DNA of 64,000 nt from Polyangiaceae bacterium (lineage in GTDB: Bacteria; Myxococcota_A; Polyangia; Polyangiales; Polyangiaceae), in assembly GCA_965222375.1 (NCBI GenBank), contig CBDCTZ010000015.1, forward strand, positions 576,001 to 640,000, in the 5' to 3' direction. This document shows positions 51,256 to 61,176 of this stretch, in pieces. Each line of letters starts with the position of its first letter. The first letter of the stretch is position 1. The notes beneath the pieces were generated by a model. It was not told the DNA's origin and searched no databases. It saw only the letters and a program-made list of their open reading frames with translations. Made by a program: the position numbers and the translations under genes.

Positions 51256-53463
51256 TCACTCCGTCACACCAATACCGATCCCGCGACGCAGGCCAGCGTA
51301 CTTCTCCGAGACGGAAAAGGGGATCAGATCGCGAATGCGCCCTGCGGCAGACAAGCCGCCAATGACACGCCCGTCCACGGCGAGCATTCGGGCCGCAGCG
51401 GTGATGTCCCCACACGCCAGCAGCCCCGCGCGACACGCAGCCATTTCGATAGCGCGGGTCCACGCGGTCAGGTCGAAGCGGCCGTCGCGGGCCTGCAGCG
51501 CTTCCACCGCCTGCTCCACCTCCTTCTGCTGTTCCTCCCCGAGCTTGGCGGCGAGCAAGTCGCGCAAGGCGATAGCGTTCGAGGGCAAGCTCGAGGGCAG
51601 AACCTGAGCGATCGCCGCAAGCAGCAGTAACTTGAAGTCCTGCGGACTCGGGTAGAACGTCAGCAGGCGCTGCGTGAGATGCTGGGCGGACAGAGCCCGC
51701 GCGATGGTGAAAGCGAGTTCCGGCACCGACCGCCCACTGAGCAGGGACTCGCCGAGCAAGATCGTTGGCTGCTCCAGGGGTAGAGCTACGATGCCGCCGG
51801 GGAGATCCTCTTTCTGCGCGTAGACGGCTGGCACGTCCAAACCGAGAACCGCGCACGCCCAAGCGACCGTGCGTACGGCGGTCAGCGTGGTCTTCTCGAC
51901 GTCATGGCGCTCGGCATGGCTCAGGTCCGGCAACAAGTTGGCGGTGCGCAACTGCTCCATTCGGAAGTCGATAGCGGCGGGGGCAATCGCATGCACGAGG
52001 TGAGACACCACGTCGTCGTGCTCCGACACGTGAAGCTCGGCCCAACCCCTGGACTCCAGCGCGGCTTGGGGGCGCGGAGTCGTCTCTGGGGCGAAGCGCC
52101 GATACACTTCCTGCTCGGATTGGTCGGCTTCTCCCAGGTGCACCAAGACCGCGCAGGCCGCATAACTGCGATCCAGGTCGCCGAGCCCGGCGGTGATGCG
52201 ATGGAGCTCACGAAAAGTCGCGGCACGGGTTGGCCCCCAGGTGGCAGAGTTTGCCAGACAGCGCGCCGCCAACTCGGGTTCGTTGGTCTGTTCGAGAAGC
52301 GCGGCTAGTCGCGCCCGGGCCTCGACGTTTTCGGGGTCGAGTTTGACGAGGCGATCCAGGGTCAGAATGGCCGTGTGCACGTCGCCCAGGTGCTCCACGT
52401 GCACGTTCGCAAGTCTATCGAGCAGGCCACACTCAGCTTCGGTTTGCCCGCGTCCCGCGAGCCGCTCCAGCTGGCGTTCGTAGGCGAGCGCCACTCCGCT
52501 GAAGTCCGCGTTCTTGATCAGAACGGCCTCGATTGCCTCAAAAGCCCCGGGGGTGGAGGGATCGTCGGCAATCGCTGCCTCGTACAGCGCCACGGCCCGC
52601 GCCACGTCTTGGGTGCGTCGCGCGCACATGCCCGCGGCCGCGGTAAACGACCTCGCGCGATCCCGCGGACTCTCGATGGTCTCCGTGAGGGCGACCTTGG
52701 TGTCCACTGCCTCGCGCCAACGCCCAGCTGCTTCCAGGCTAGCTTGCAAGCGCTCGAGCAGACGGGGATCCTTCGGCCGAAGCTCCAGGGCGCGCTCCAA
52801 AGACTCGGTCGTCGCGTGGAGAGACTCGTCAGCAATGGACGACAGGAGCGACGCGCGCTCTTCGTCCGTATCTGCCCGTCGCAGCAAGCGACGGCGAAGC
52901 GCCGCGGCCGTCGCTCCGTCAGCGGACCCTTGCGCCAGCTCGATGCGACGCTTCAGCGCCGTCTGGTGATCCGGAAAGATCGCTAGGGCACGGTCGAGCA
53001 GACTCGCGGCTTGCTCTGGGCTGCCTCGCTCCGCCTCGATGCTCGCGAGACAAACCAGCACCTCTGCCCTTCGTGGTCCGTGCTCCCAGGAGAGCAAAGA
53101 GTCCGCGAAGGCGTAGGAGCGATGGGCCTGTTCGAGATTTCCACTCTCGAGGTGCTGTGCACCTTCGGCGATCGCCGCTTCCACTGCCGGGTCTTCGACG
53201 GGCTGGAGCCGCTTGGCCTTTTCCGCTAGTCCCAGCTCGTCCCAATCCTCTTGGCTCAAGCGCCCGGCGCCCGCTCGAGCAAGCACGACGAACCCGGCTT
53301 CACCGGGCTCGTGCTCTTCGAAGCCTTTGGCCAAGGCGCGAGCCATCGGGTCGATCGCGGGCAACGTAACGACGGTTGGGGAACCTTGGCTCAGGGCTTG
53401 GCGCAGAAAGTCCGCGGCCGCGTCAGGCTGCGCCGGCGGGTCGAGCACGAGGACGATTCGCAT
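51256..53463 (-). CDS. TPR-repeat protein with myxobacterial C-terminal domain
   Basis: TPR-like helices (ALELRPKD, AIADDP, LVKLDPEN); C-terminal W....E..A.RAGLLACGD. Confidence 0.75.
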   Translation of the reverse strand: MRIVLVLDPPAQPDAAADFLRQALSQGSPTVVTLPAIDPMARALAKGFEEHEPGEAGFVVLARAGAGRLSQEDWDELGLAEKAKRLQPVEDPAVEAAIAEGAQHLESGNLEQAHRSYAFADSLLSWEHGPRRAEVLVCLASIEAERGSPEQAASLLDRALAIFPDHQTALKRRIELAQGSADGATAAALRRRLLRRADTDEERASLLSSIADESLHATTESLERALELRPKDPRLLERLQASLEAAGRWREAVDTKVALTETIESPRDRARSFTAAAGMCARRTQDVARAVALYEAAIADDPSTPGAFEAIEAVLIKNADFSGVALAYERQLERLAGRGQTEAECGLLDRLANVHVEHLGDVHTAILTLDRLVKLDPENVEARARLAALLEQTNEPELAARCLANSATWGPTRAATFRELHRITAGLGDLDRSYAACAVLVHLGEADQSEQEVYRRFAPETTPRPQAALESRGWAELHVSEHDDVVSHLVHAIAPAAIDFRMEQLRTANLLPDLSHAERHDVEKTTLTAVRTVAWACAVLGLDVPAVYAQKEDLPGGIVALPLEQPTILLGESLLSGRSVPELAFTIARALSAQHLTQRLLTFYPSPQDFKLLLLAAIAQVLPSSLPSNAIALRDLLAAKLGEEQQKEVEQAVEALQARDGRFDLTAWTRAIEMAACRAGLLACGDITAAARMLAVDGRVIGGLSAAGRIRDLIPFSVSEKYAGLRRGIGIGVTE

Positions 53464-53554
53464 GCGTCAGCTCTAGCCGAGCCCGCACCCGAAGACGACC
53501 CAGCAGGCGCGGGTCCCGTTTCGTACGCTCTGCGCGGGTCTCTGCTCGCTACCC

Positions 53555-54046
53555 CTAGGCGACCGGTGGTGGACGCGAAGTCGGTCGGAGCACAGCTCGC
53601 ACCAGCGCCTTGATAACGGGCATGGCGTTGTCAGCTGTGGGCTCGCCGACGTAGAGGGGCTTGTAGTTGCTCAGGGTAGTCCACTCGTCGGCCATGGCCT
53701 GACTGCCGAACACCGCTGTGGGGAGCCCAGGTTTGCCGAGGTGCAGAGCCCGATCGAGCATCTCAAGCGTGCTGGACGAGTAGTGATGGCCCGCGTCGGG
53801 GGCGTCCGTCAGGACCAGAGCGTCAGCGTCGGCCAATAGCTGTTTGAGATGCGCCGCCGCTTTGTCGTCGGCGAAGGGCTCGGTGCCGAAGCAATGCAGC
53901 CGCAGACGCGGACGCCATTTGGCGGCTTCGCCCAGGGACAAGACATCATCCGAAAGCGGTAGGGCCCCATGAAACCGGTCGCTCGCCCCTCCGATCACGA
54001 TGACGCATAGCTCGATGTGGCGCTCGTTGTCGTCAAGCTTGGCCAT
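53555..54046 (-). CDS. Hypothetical protein, possibly a degenerate small-GTPase fold
   Basis: 163-aa ORF with alpha/beta pattern; weak resemblance to MglA layout, no P-loop. Confidence 0.55.
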   Translation of the reverse strand: MAKLDDNERHIELCVIVIGGASDRFHGALPLSDDVLSLGEAAKWRPRLRLHCFGTEPFADDKAAAHLKQLLADADALVLTDAPDAGHHYSSSTLEMLDRALHLGKPGLPTAVFGSQAMADEWTTLSNYKPLYVGEPTADNAMPVIKALVRAVLRPTSRPPPVA

Positions 54047-54134
54047 ACAGGAAGCGTAGAACGCTTCCGCCCAATGGGAAACGGTCTAGGCTGGCCCCCT
54101 TTACAGGCTCATTGCCGTGCGGTAGCTGGACAAG

Positions 54135-54599
54135 ATGACGCGACACACGGGAAGAAGCTGGGTTCCCGTTGGGCTTTTGTCGGGAGTTTGCCTATGCAGC
54201 TGGGCGCTGTGGGGCTGCGCGGCCGGAGACGATGGTGATGGCAGCGGTGGTGGCACGGCTAGTGGTGGCAGCTCGAGCGGTGGCATGGCCGGGGCCGGAG
54301 CCGCCAGTGGCGGCACGTCCAGCGGCGGCAGCGCTGGCTCGGGCGGCGGCGCCGGAGCAGCCGGCGCGGCGGGAAGCGCTGGCGCGGATGGAGGTAGCTG
54401 TGAACCCGTCAAGGCGTTTTGCGGCACCAAGCCCTCCGACCTCCTGGAGTGCTGCAAGCCTCTCGAATGTGCCTTCGATCCCTCGGACTTCAAGTACTAT
54501 TGCTGCAAGAGCGCCAACCAACCCTGCGGTGGCGACACCGAGTGTTGCAAGGGCCTGTTCTGCAAGGCTGCGGCTTCGGGCATGACCTGCCAGAAGTGA
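54135..54599 (+). CDS. Gly-linker lipoprotein with C-terminal double C-C-CC-C-C domain
   Basis: Lipobox LWGC; Gly/Ser linker; 12 Cys in the last ~68 aa. Confidence 0.75.
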   Translation: MTRHTGRSWVPVGLLSGVCLCSWALWGCAAGDDGDGSGGGTASGGSSSGGMAGAGAASGGTSSGGSAGSGGGAGAAGAAGSAGADGGSCEPVKAFCGTKPSDLLECCKPLECAFDPSDFKYYCCKSANQPCGGDTECCKGLFCKAAASGMTCQK

Positions 54600-54716
54600 A
54601 GCTGGCCGCACATCGCCACTGAATGCATGAGATCATGGACCCCCACCTGAGGTGTGACGCCAGCGGCAGATCAAACCGAGGTGTTGAACGCCGCCGTTTG
54701 GCACCCGTTGAACATC

Positions 54717-55094
54717 CTATTTGACTCCGAAGAACGCCTTGGTCTCCGGCTTGATCCAGAAGTAGAGCAGGGCGCCGCAGGCCGGCAAGCAGCAAGCGCT
54801 CGTGAGCCCAAGCGCGATCAGCGCCATGTGGTAGTACCAGGCCCAGCTCTTTTTCGGCAGAAACGGCGCCGCGAGAAAGAGCAGAGCTAGCGGAAACGAG
54901 ATCACGGCCACGATGCCGCCGATCCACGGCGGGTCCGCGCCGGGGCCACCGGGTGCGGCAAACATGAACCAGACGCCGCCGACCACCAGCGCCACGTAGA
55001 CCAAACCCAGACATACGGCGTACACGAGGTACCAAATCCAGACTTGGGGCGGCCCTTCGGGTACGGGGTCCGCGTAATAGACGTCGTTCTGCAC
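54717..55094 (-). CDS. Small multi-pass membrane protein
   Basis: 3-4 hydrophobic helices; ends PETKAFFG. Confidence 0.65.
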   Translation of the reverse strand: MQNDVYYADPVPEGPPQVWIWYLVYAVCLGLVYVALVVGGVWFMFAAPGGPGADPPWIGGIVAVISFPLALLFLAAPFLPKKSWAWYYHMALIALGLTSACCLPACGALLYFWIKPETKAFFGVK

Positions 55095-55237
55095 TATTTG
55101 GCTCTGCTCCGGGCGAGACAGGGTAACGCAAGTTCGCGGCTCTTTGGCCTAGGTCGAGAATAGTGGCCCTGCTTGCACCATCGAACCGACCCCAAACCAA
55201 TCCTGAACCCTGCTTCGATAACGCGAGAACCGACGCT

Positions 55238-56773
55238 TCATGGTGCCTTGGCGCTGTCGCGCAGCTCTGTCTCGATCCCCTCGACCTGCGTTTGCCCTTT
55301 TCGGTCCATGAGACTGACGACAACGGCTGCAAGCCCGGACAAGAGAAAAGCAGGAGGCAGTTCGCCGAGGGTCTTGAAAGATGAACCGACCACGGGAAGC
55401 ATCGGCACCGCGAACTTGAACAATGGCACGCACGCAAAGCCAACTAGCATTGCGGCCAGGGCACCGTTCGCAGTGAGGCGCGGCCAGAACAGCGAGAGAA
55501 TCATGGTGGGGCAGAACGTGGCACTGATGCCAGACCAACCGAAGATCACGAACCAAAAAATGGTTCTGTCGGGTGTGATGAGCGCAACGGAAACTGCGAC
55601 AATGAGAGCGATCGCAGCCAAGGCGAAGGTTGCAGCCCGACTCTTGGGTACGAGCTGATCGTCCGGCATCGCTGGGTGCAACACTTTTTGGTACACGTCC
55701 CGCACCAGTGCGCTCCCGGCTAGAACGAGCAGCGAGTCGACGGTGCTCATGATCGCAGAAAGCACGATGGCCACGAATAGCCCCACCAAGATCAACGGCA
55801 GCACGCGCCCAACGAGAAGCGGAAGCACGTCTTCCCCACCCTGACCCAGCACTTTCTCGAGCTTGGCATCGGGCCCAGTGAGCAGAGCACGGCCGACCAT
55901 GCCAATCAGCACGGCGCCGAGGTCAGCCAGCACCGTGAAAGTGATCGCGACACCAGCGCCCTTGCTGATTTCCCGCTTGTCCTTGAGGGCGATGAAGCGA
56001 ACAAAGATCTGCGGCGAGCCCATGAAACCCAGGCCAATGAGCAACAAAGAAATCACACTGAGAATCGTGGGAAGCGTCCAGCCATCCCCAGGGCCAGCAA
56101 GGGTCAGTAGACCTGGATCGATGGCAGTAAGTCGGCTGCTCATTTCCGACGGCCCACCCAAGGCGAAGAGTCCGACGACGGGCAACGTGACCAACCCCAG
56201 GAACATCAGAGAGCCTTGGAATACATCGGACCACGCAACCGCGAGGAAGCCGCCGGCCACGATGTAAACCAGAACGACCGCGAATCCGACGCCAATACCC
56301 GTGTAGTAGTTCCACCCGAGAAAGCTCTCGAAGGCTTTGCCCGTGGCGTCGATCTGCGCGCTGACGTAGATCGTCACGAAAACCACGAGTGCCCCTGCGG
56401 CCACGATTCTCAAACGATGGGAACGGTCGCGGAAGCGATCGGCGAGGTAATCGGGTACCGTGATCGAATCGTAGCGATCCGTCAGGGACTTGAAGCGGCG
56501 GCACATCAATAGCCACGCCGTGGCCACGCCAATGACCTCGCCGAGTACGACCCACAGCGCCTTGGCCCCAACCGCTGCGCCCATGCCGGTCAGACCGAGC
56601 AACAGCCAGGCGCTCTCCCCCGTCGCCCGGGCGCTGAAGGCCACGGCCCAAAAACCTAGCCCCTTGCCCGCGGCGAAGTAGTCTTTGACGTCCTTCATCC
56701 GGCGCGACGCCACGACGCCGATCCCGACCAGGATCAGCAGATAGGCGACGACCGCGACGAGTTTGACCAGCAC
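55238..56773 (-). CDS. putP: Sodium/proline symporter (SSS family)
   Basis: FSARATGESAWLLLGL, GGFLAVAWSD, GSPQIFVRF, SAIMSTVDS, ELPPAF. Confidence 0.85.
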   Translation of the reverse strand: MLVKLVAVVAYLLILVGIGVVASRRMKDVKDYFAAGKGLGFWAVAFSARATGESAWLLLGLTGMGAAVGAKALWVVLGEVIGVATAWLLMCRRFKSLTDRYDSITVPDYLADRFRDRSHRLRIVAAGALVVFVTIYVSAQIDATGKAFESFLGWNYYTGIGVGFAVVLVYIVAGGFLAVAWSDVFQGSLMFLGLVTLPVVGLFALGGPSEMSSRLTAIDPGLLTLAGPGDGWTLPTILSVISLLLIGLGFMGSPQIFVRFIALKDKREISKGAGVAITFTVLADLGAVLIGMVGRALLTGPDAKLEKVLGQGGEDVLPLLVGRVLPLILVGLFVAIVLSAIMSTVDSLLVLAGSALVRDVYQKVLHPAMPDDQLVPKSRAATFALAAIALIVAVSVALITPDRTIFWFVIFGWSGISATFCPTMILSLFWPRLTANGALAAMLVGFACVPLFKFAVPMLPVVGSSFKTLGELPPAFLLSGLAAVVVSLMDRKGQTQVEGIETELRDSAKAP

Positions 56774-56848
56774 CCCGCCGCTGAACCTACCACCCCCGTT
56801 CTGGTCGGGGCCGAGGCGACCCAGCACCCAGAAATCCTGCCCACGGGC

Positions 56849-56890
56849 TTGACATCAGAAAATGAATGAATATTCATTCATTCATGTCAA
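56849..56890. promoter_or_regulatory. Divergent promoter region with 22-bp perfect palindromic operator
   Basis: AATGAATGAAT-ATTCATTCATT (56861-56882) flanked by TTGACAT (56849-56855) and ATGTCAA (56884-56890). Confidence 0.75.
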
Positions 56891-56919
56891 AGCCGCCATT
56901 TGCAGCTTTTTCCGAGGAA

Positions 56920-57594
56920 ATGGACGTCACGCCGCGCCGCCTAGCCCCCGCGCTTCGGCGTCCGCTAGCTGCGCTGATCAGCCTCGCTCTCGCACTGTCC
57001 CTAGCGCGACCGGCAGTCGCGCAGCCCATCGACCAAGCCGGGATGGAGCGCGCGACCGACGACTACTTCTCGCAAGAGAAGACCCTAGGGCTAGCCGGCA
57101 TGATCGCCGGCGTGGCCTCTTTGGGTGGCGCAGCCGTGCTCTACACCCAGCGGGACGACGAGCGGCTCGAGGGCGCGATGTATCCCTTGGCCGGCTTTGG
57201 GCTGCTGGAGCTGGCTGCGGGGGGCGTGATCTTTTTTAGAACACCCGGTCAGCTCAGTGACTTGAAGTCGGATTTGAAGCGAGATCCGGCGGCCTTCCGC
57301 AAAGACGAGTTGAAGCGCATGAAGGCGGTGAACGACCAATTCGACATCCTGACCATCGTCTGGATTGTCGGCATCGCGGCGGGCATAGGCGTTTCGACCT
57401 ACGGTTTCATCGACGACAGTGAGCGGGCGCTAGGCATCGGCGCGGGGGTTGCGCTCCAGAGCGCTCTGATCTTGACGGGCGATCTGATCGCCGCCAGCAA
57501 CGCTCGTGACTACGCAGATGCCCTGGAGCGATTCCAGCCCACGGGCACTGCCAGCTCCACGAGCACGATCTTCCGATTGGGCGGCACCTTCTAG
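56920..57594 (+). CDS. Membrane protein of unknown function
   Basis: GAGG RBS, signal peptide, four hydrophobic helices. Confidence 0.75.
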   Translation: MDVTPRRLAPALRRPLAALISLALALSLARPAVAQPIDQAGMERATDDYFSQEKTLGLAGMIAGVASLGGAAVLYTQRDDERLEGAMYPLAGFGLLELAAGGVIFFRTPGQLSDLKSDLKRDPAAFRKDELKRMKAVNDQFDILTIVWIVGIAAGIGVSTYGFIDDSERALGIGAGVALQSALILTGDLIAASNARDYADALERFQPTGTASSTSTIFRLGGTF

Positions 57595-57945
57595 CCAGCT
57601 ACTTGCACATGGCGTTGGCGCTTTTGGTGTTCTCGGGCCAATAGTTCATCACCAGCCCCACGCCACCAAGATTGGTCAGCCCCTTGTTCTGCTTGAACAC
57701 CCAGTCTTGGCAACGACTGTAGGCCGTCGCATCCCGCCGCGCGAAATGACACGAGGCATAGGCGACCTGGGTCTTGTACGTGTTGAGAACTTGTGGGGCC
57801 CAAGCGCGATACTGCCGAAGCGCGCGACACACATATAGCTCGCTGTGGATCAATTCGCCGGCATGTAGCAGCACGAAAGACTCGATGTAGTTGTGCGTGT
57901 TGTTGCAAGCGCCCCACGCTCAGCAGCATAGCACCGAGCCGGGGT

Positions 57946-60360
57946 CTAGAAGCTCGCTTCCAATCCGATGCTCGGGATCGTCACGGGGCCAATCGTCTCC
58001 GTCTCACAACCATAGGCGTAGCAGCTGATCTCGAGGGTTTCTTTGTTCAATGTCGTGTTGAGAACTTCGAACACCAAGGCCCAGAAGCCGGTCTCACCCA
58101 AGCGCCAGCGTTTTTCCAGCCGCCAGTCCAGACGATAAAACGGCGCGGAGCGCGGCGGATTGCGAGCAGCCCGAGCGTAGGCCACCTCCGCGGGAATGCC
58201 GCTGTAGACCACGCCTCGCCAACCAACCCGCCAGGCTCGACCCAAATCGTAGGCCATGGCGATATTGAAAACGTGTCGGCGATCGAAGCTCGACGGGCCT
58301 TCCAATCGGCCGGACGCACGCGTGCTGCGCGAGAGCGTGTAGGACATGAAGCCGCCGAGTCGCTTGGTGAGGGAGCGACGCAACAAGAGTTCCAGTCCGT
58401 AACTGTGGGATGTAGCGCGGTCCTCGTTGTCTACGCCGGGGTCGGCGCGTTGTAGCTGAAACAGGCCCAAGGGGTCGGTCAGTCCGAATAGGACGTTTTG
58501 GAACAGCGTGAGGGAGCCAGTGACGTCGTCTCCCAGATCCACTTCCGCACCCGCGCTGCTTTGCACGCCGGTTTGGAGTCCCTCTTTGGCGGCGCCCTGG
58601 AGCCCGGGCACGGGAATGGCGAAGCTCGGCGGTTGATGCGCAATGCCCAGGTCGTGTAGCAGGGCGACGCGCTCGCTCACCTGGAAGCGCGCGGCCACCC
58701 TGGGCTCCGGAGCCACTTGGGTTACGCCGTCGGAAGTGTAGAGGTCCAGGCGAAAACCTGGCGTCAGAGTCACACCGGACCCTAGATCCAAGACCCAATC
58801 CAGCCATGCGCCTGTAATGACCTCACTCCGAGAAGCGAAACGCGCCTGGGTGACGTCTTCGCCTGGAAGCGGAGTTGAAAAGCGAGGAGGCAGCCCCGGC
58901 AGCGGGTTTGGGTTCAGCTCCGTGGGCGGGCCATCGCCGCCAGCACCATCGGCGTCATCTTGGTCGATCAGAATGTCGTAGCGCGCCACGCTCACGTCAG
59001 CGCCGCTGCGAAACTGGACCCGCTTGCTCCAGCGGTTGACGTAGGCAAGGCGATTGCGCACGCTCTGGGCGCGTAGCTCCAGTTCGCCATCTCCGGCCGC
59101 GGAGCGATCGAAGCCCAGAGTGGTGGCAAGGCGCATTGCGCTATCGGCGCTCAGCGCGCGGTCATAGCGCATATCGAGGCGGTGGAAGGTGACGTCGTAG
59201 ATGTCTTGCGTCTCGCCATCGTCATCTTCTGCACTGAGGAAGTCGTAGGCACCGAAGCCGAACACACCGAGGGTGTCTCGCTCGGTCAGCTTGTATTGGA
59301 CGCGTCCCTGATAGTCCCAGTAGCCAATTTCGACTTCGGGCACGAGCAGCGACACTACCGCGCCGGTATAGGAATAGCGGCCTGCCAGCATCGCGTTGCC
59401 ACGCCCGTTCGCAAACGGAGTCTCGACGAACGCGCCACTGTCAACCAGCCGAACGTTGGCCTCACCCCGAAATCGGCCCTCGGGCTGTGCGGCGCTTCCG
59501 GTGACGATTCCGCCAGAGATGCGCCCATAGCTGGCCGGGTACGCGCCGGAGTAGAGCCGGACCTCATCGATGAAGGCCGGATGGATCACCGCAGGGCCCG
59601 CGGCGACGTGATACAGACCAGGCACGGGGATATCGTCGAAGAAGTAGCCGACGTTGCCCGGCGGCGCGCCGCGCACGAAGAAGTACGGCAGCCCCGAAGC
59701 CACCGGCGTGACCCCGGGCATGACCTCGACGGCACGGAAGGGGTCTCCAAAAGCCCCCGGTAGCTGCCGCACTTCGGCGCGGGTCATGCGCCCGACCTTG
59801 CTCCTGCGTCGCTCTCCCTCCACCACTACTTCCAAAGACTTCGCGGACTGCTCTTGGTCGGACACGCCGGTGACCGTCTCTTCTTGCTCAGGCTCAGGCT
59901 CTTGTCGCGGTGGTTCGGTGAAACGCACCTCCATGCGGATCCGAGATGCGACCGCGACGCCACCGCGCATGGCCGGACTGAATCGCCAGGTCTTCGCGGC
60001 ATTCACGGCCGCCTCGGAAAAGGGCTGGTTGCCGGTCACGACCGACACCGACGCGACGCTTCCCTCTTTCGCGATGACCAATTCGAGCAGTACTAGCGAG
60101 TCGCCCGTCGCTACTTGAGGGTAGTCGACGGCGATACTGCCCAGGGCTCGGGGCGGCGTGATGGTCGGTACGGGGCGAGCTTCGGCGTCCTGCCCCGGCT
60201 TGGGAGGGTCGGGCTGCGCCAAAGCCGGCACCGTCAGCGTGACCAACGCGGCCAGCCACGGAAGCCACCGTCGTAGCTGCCCACGGACGCTCGAGAACGG
60301 ATCCAACCCCAGCTTTATAGTTACTTGCCACGTAGAGGCCAGGCCCCGATGCACTCCCAA
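57946..60360 (-). CDS. TonB-dependent receptor with N-terminal TonB C-terminal domain (start uncertain)
   Basis: AA.NAAKTWRFSPA.RGG (TonB_C), plug PGAFGDPFRAVE.MPGV, YPASYGR.SGG, barrel ending IGLEASF. Confidence 0.88.
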   Translation of the reverse strand: MGVHRGLASTWQVTIKLGLDPFSSVRGQLRRWLPWLAALVTLTVPALAQPDPPKPGQDAEARPVPTITPPRALGSIAVDYPQVATGDSLVLLELVIAKEGSVASVSVVTGNQPFSEAAVNAAKTWRFSPAMRGGVAVASRIRMEVRFTEPPRQEPEPEQEETVTGVSDQEQSAKSLEVVVEGERRRSKVGRMTRAEVRQLPGAFGDPFRAVEVMPGVTPVASGLPYFFVRGAPPGNVGYFFDDIPVPGLYHVAAGPAVIHPAFIDEVRLYSGAYPASYGRISGGIVTGSAAQPEGRFRGEANVRLVDSGAFVETPFANGRGNAMLAGRYSYTGAVVSLLVPEVEIGYWDYQGRVQYKLTERDTLGVFGFGAYDFLSAEDDDGETQDIYDVTFHRLDMRYDRALSADSAMRLATTLGFDRSAAGDGELELRAQSVRNRLAYVNRWSKRVQFRSGADVSVARYDILIDQDDADGAGGDGPPTELNPNPLPGLPPRFSTPLPGEDVTQARFASRSEVITGAWLDWVLDLGSGVTLTPGFRLDLYTSDGVTQVAPEPRVAARFQVSERVALLHDLGIAHQPPSFAIPVPGLQGAAKEGLQTGVQSSAGAEVDLGDDVTGSLTLFQNVLFGLTDPLGLFQLQRADPGVDNEDRATSHSYGLELLLRRSLTKRLGGFMSYTLSRSTRASGRLEGPSSFDRRHVFNIAMAYDLGRAWRVGWRGVVYSGIPAEVAYARAARNPPRSAPFYRLDWRLEKRWRLGETGFWALVFEVLNTTLNKETLEISCYAYGCETETIGPVTIPSIGLEASF

Positions 60361-60411
60361 GCTGGCCGCTGCGCGGCGGTCGCTCTAGGTTAATGGCCCA
60401 CCCACCAAGCC

Positions 60412-61158
60412 ATGAGCTTTCGAACGCAGCTTCCAAGTGCCGAGCACCGCAGCTGGCCATTGGCGATGGTCGCCATGCTGGCGGCGCTGAGCGCCCAGTG
60501 CGATCCCCAGGAATATTCGGGCTCGCCGACCTTCTGTGACGACTGGTGCCAAGCATTCTTGCGCAAAGACTGCGAACAAGAACCTGAGAATTGCGTACGC
60601 GGCTGCGAGCGCAGCCTGCCCGAGGAGCCGTGCTTGAGCCTCCAGCGAGAACTCCTGGATTGTTACCGAGCGGCGTCTCCCGATGACTTTGTTTGTTCGG
60701 GGTCCGGGTTTCGCGCCCAGGCGCTACCAAAGGAGTCGACCTGCCAGGCCCCTAGGGACGCCCTGATCGAGTGCGCGTTCCCGGACGTCAGGCTTTGTTT
60801 GGATGTGTGCCGCGCCGTCGAAGCTGCCGCCGTCAGCGACGCGGGAGATGCTGACGCCGGCACGCAGTCATCGACTCGCCTATGCCCCTCGGAGGACATC
60901 CCCTGCGACTCCATTTGCTGGATTGCCGGTAGCTATCTGAGCTCCCCGTCGGATGCTGGCGCTGACGCCACCGATGACCGCTCCTTCGGCGGGCGAAACC
61001 CATTTGGCGACAACGCATCGCAGCTCATCGATTGCGCGCTGAACAAGGCCGACCTTTGCCGTCGAGGGCAGCCAACCAGTCCCGACGCAGGGACCTCCGA
61101 CGAGACCTGGCGCACGGTCCTGTCCAGTTGCGCTGAACAGCAGGGCTTGATCGATTGA
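60412..61158 (+). CDS. Secreted Cys-rich hypothetical protein
   Basis: Hydrophobic N-terminus ending AQC; repeated CxxxC helical motifs. Confidence 0.65.
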   Translation: MSFRTQLPSAEHRSWPLAMVAMLAALSAQCDPQEYSGSPTFCDDWCQAFLRKDCEQEPENCVRGCERSLPEEPCLSLQRELLDCYRAASPDDFVCSGSGFRAQALPKESTCQAPRDALIECAFPDVRLCLDVCRAVEAAAVSDAGDADAGTQSSTRLCPSEDIPCDSICWIAGSYLSSPSDAGADATDDRSFGGRNPFGDNASQLIDCALNKADLCRRGQPTSPDAGTSDETWRTVLSSCAEQQGLID

Positions 61159-61176
61159 TCGGCGTGGCGCCGGCGC

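Noticed and set aside
49784..51607. 607-aa plus-strand ORF
   Set aside because: Spans three motif-bearing minus-strand genes in antisense; Ser/Thr/Arg-rich shadow composition
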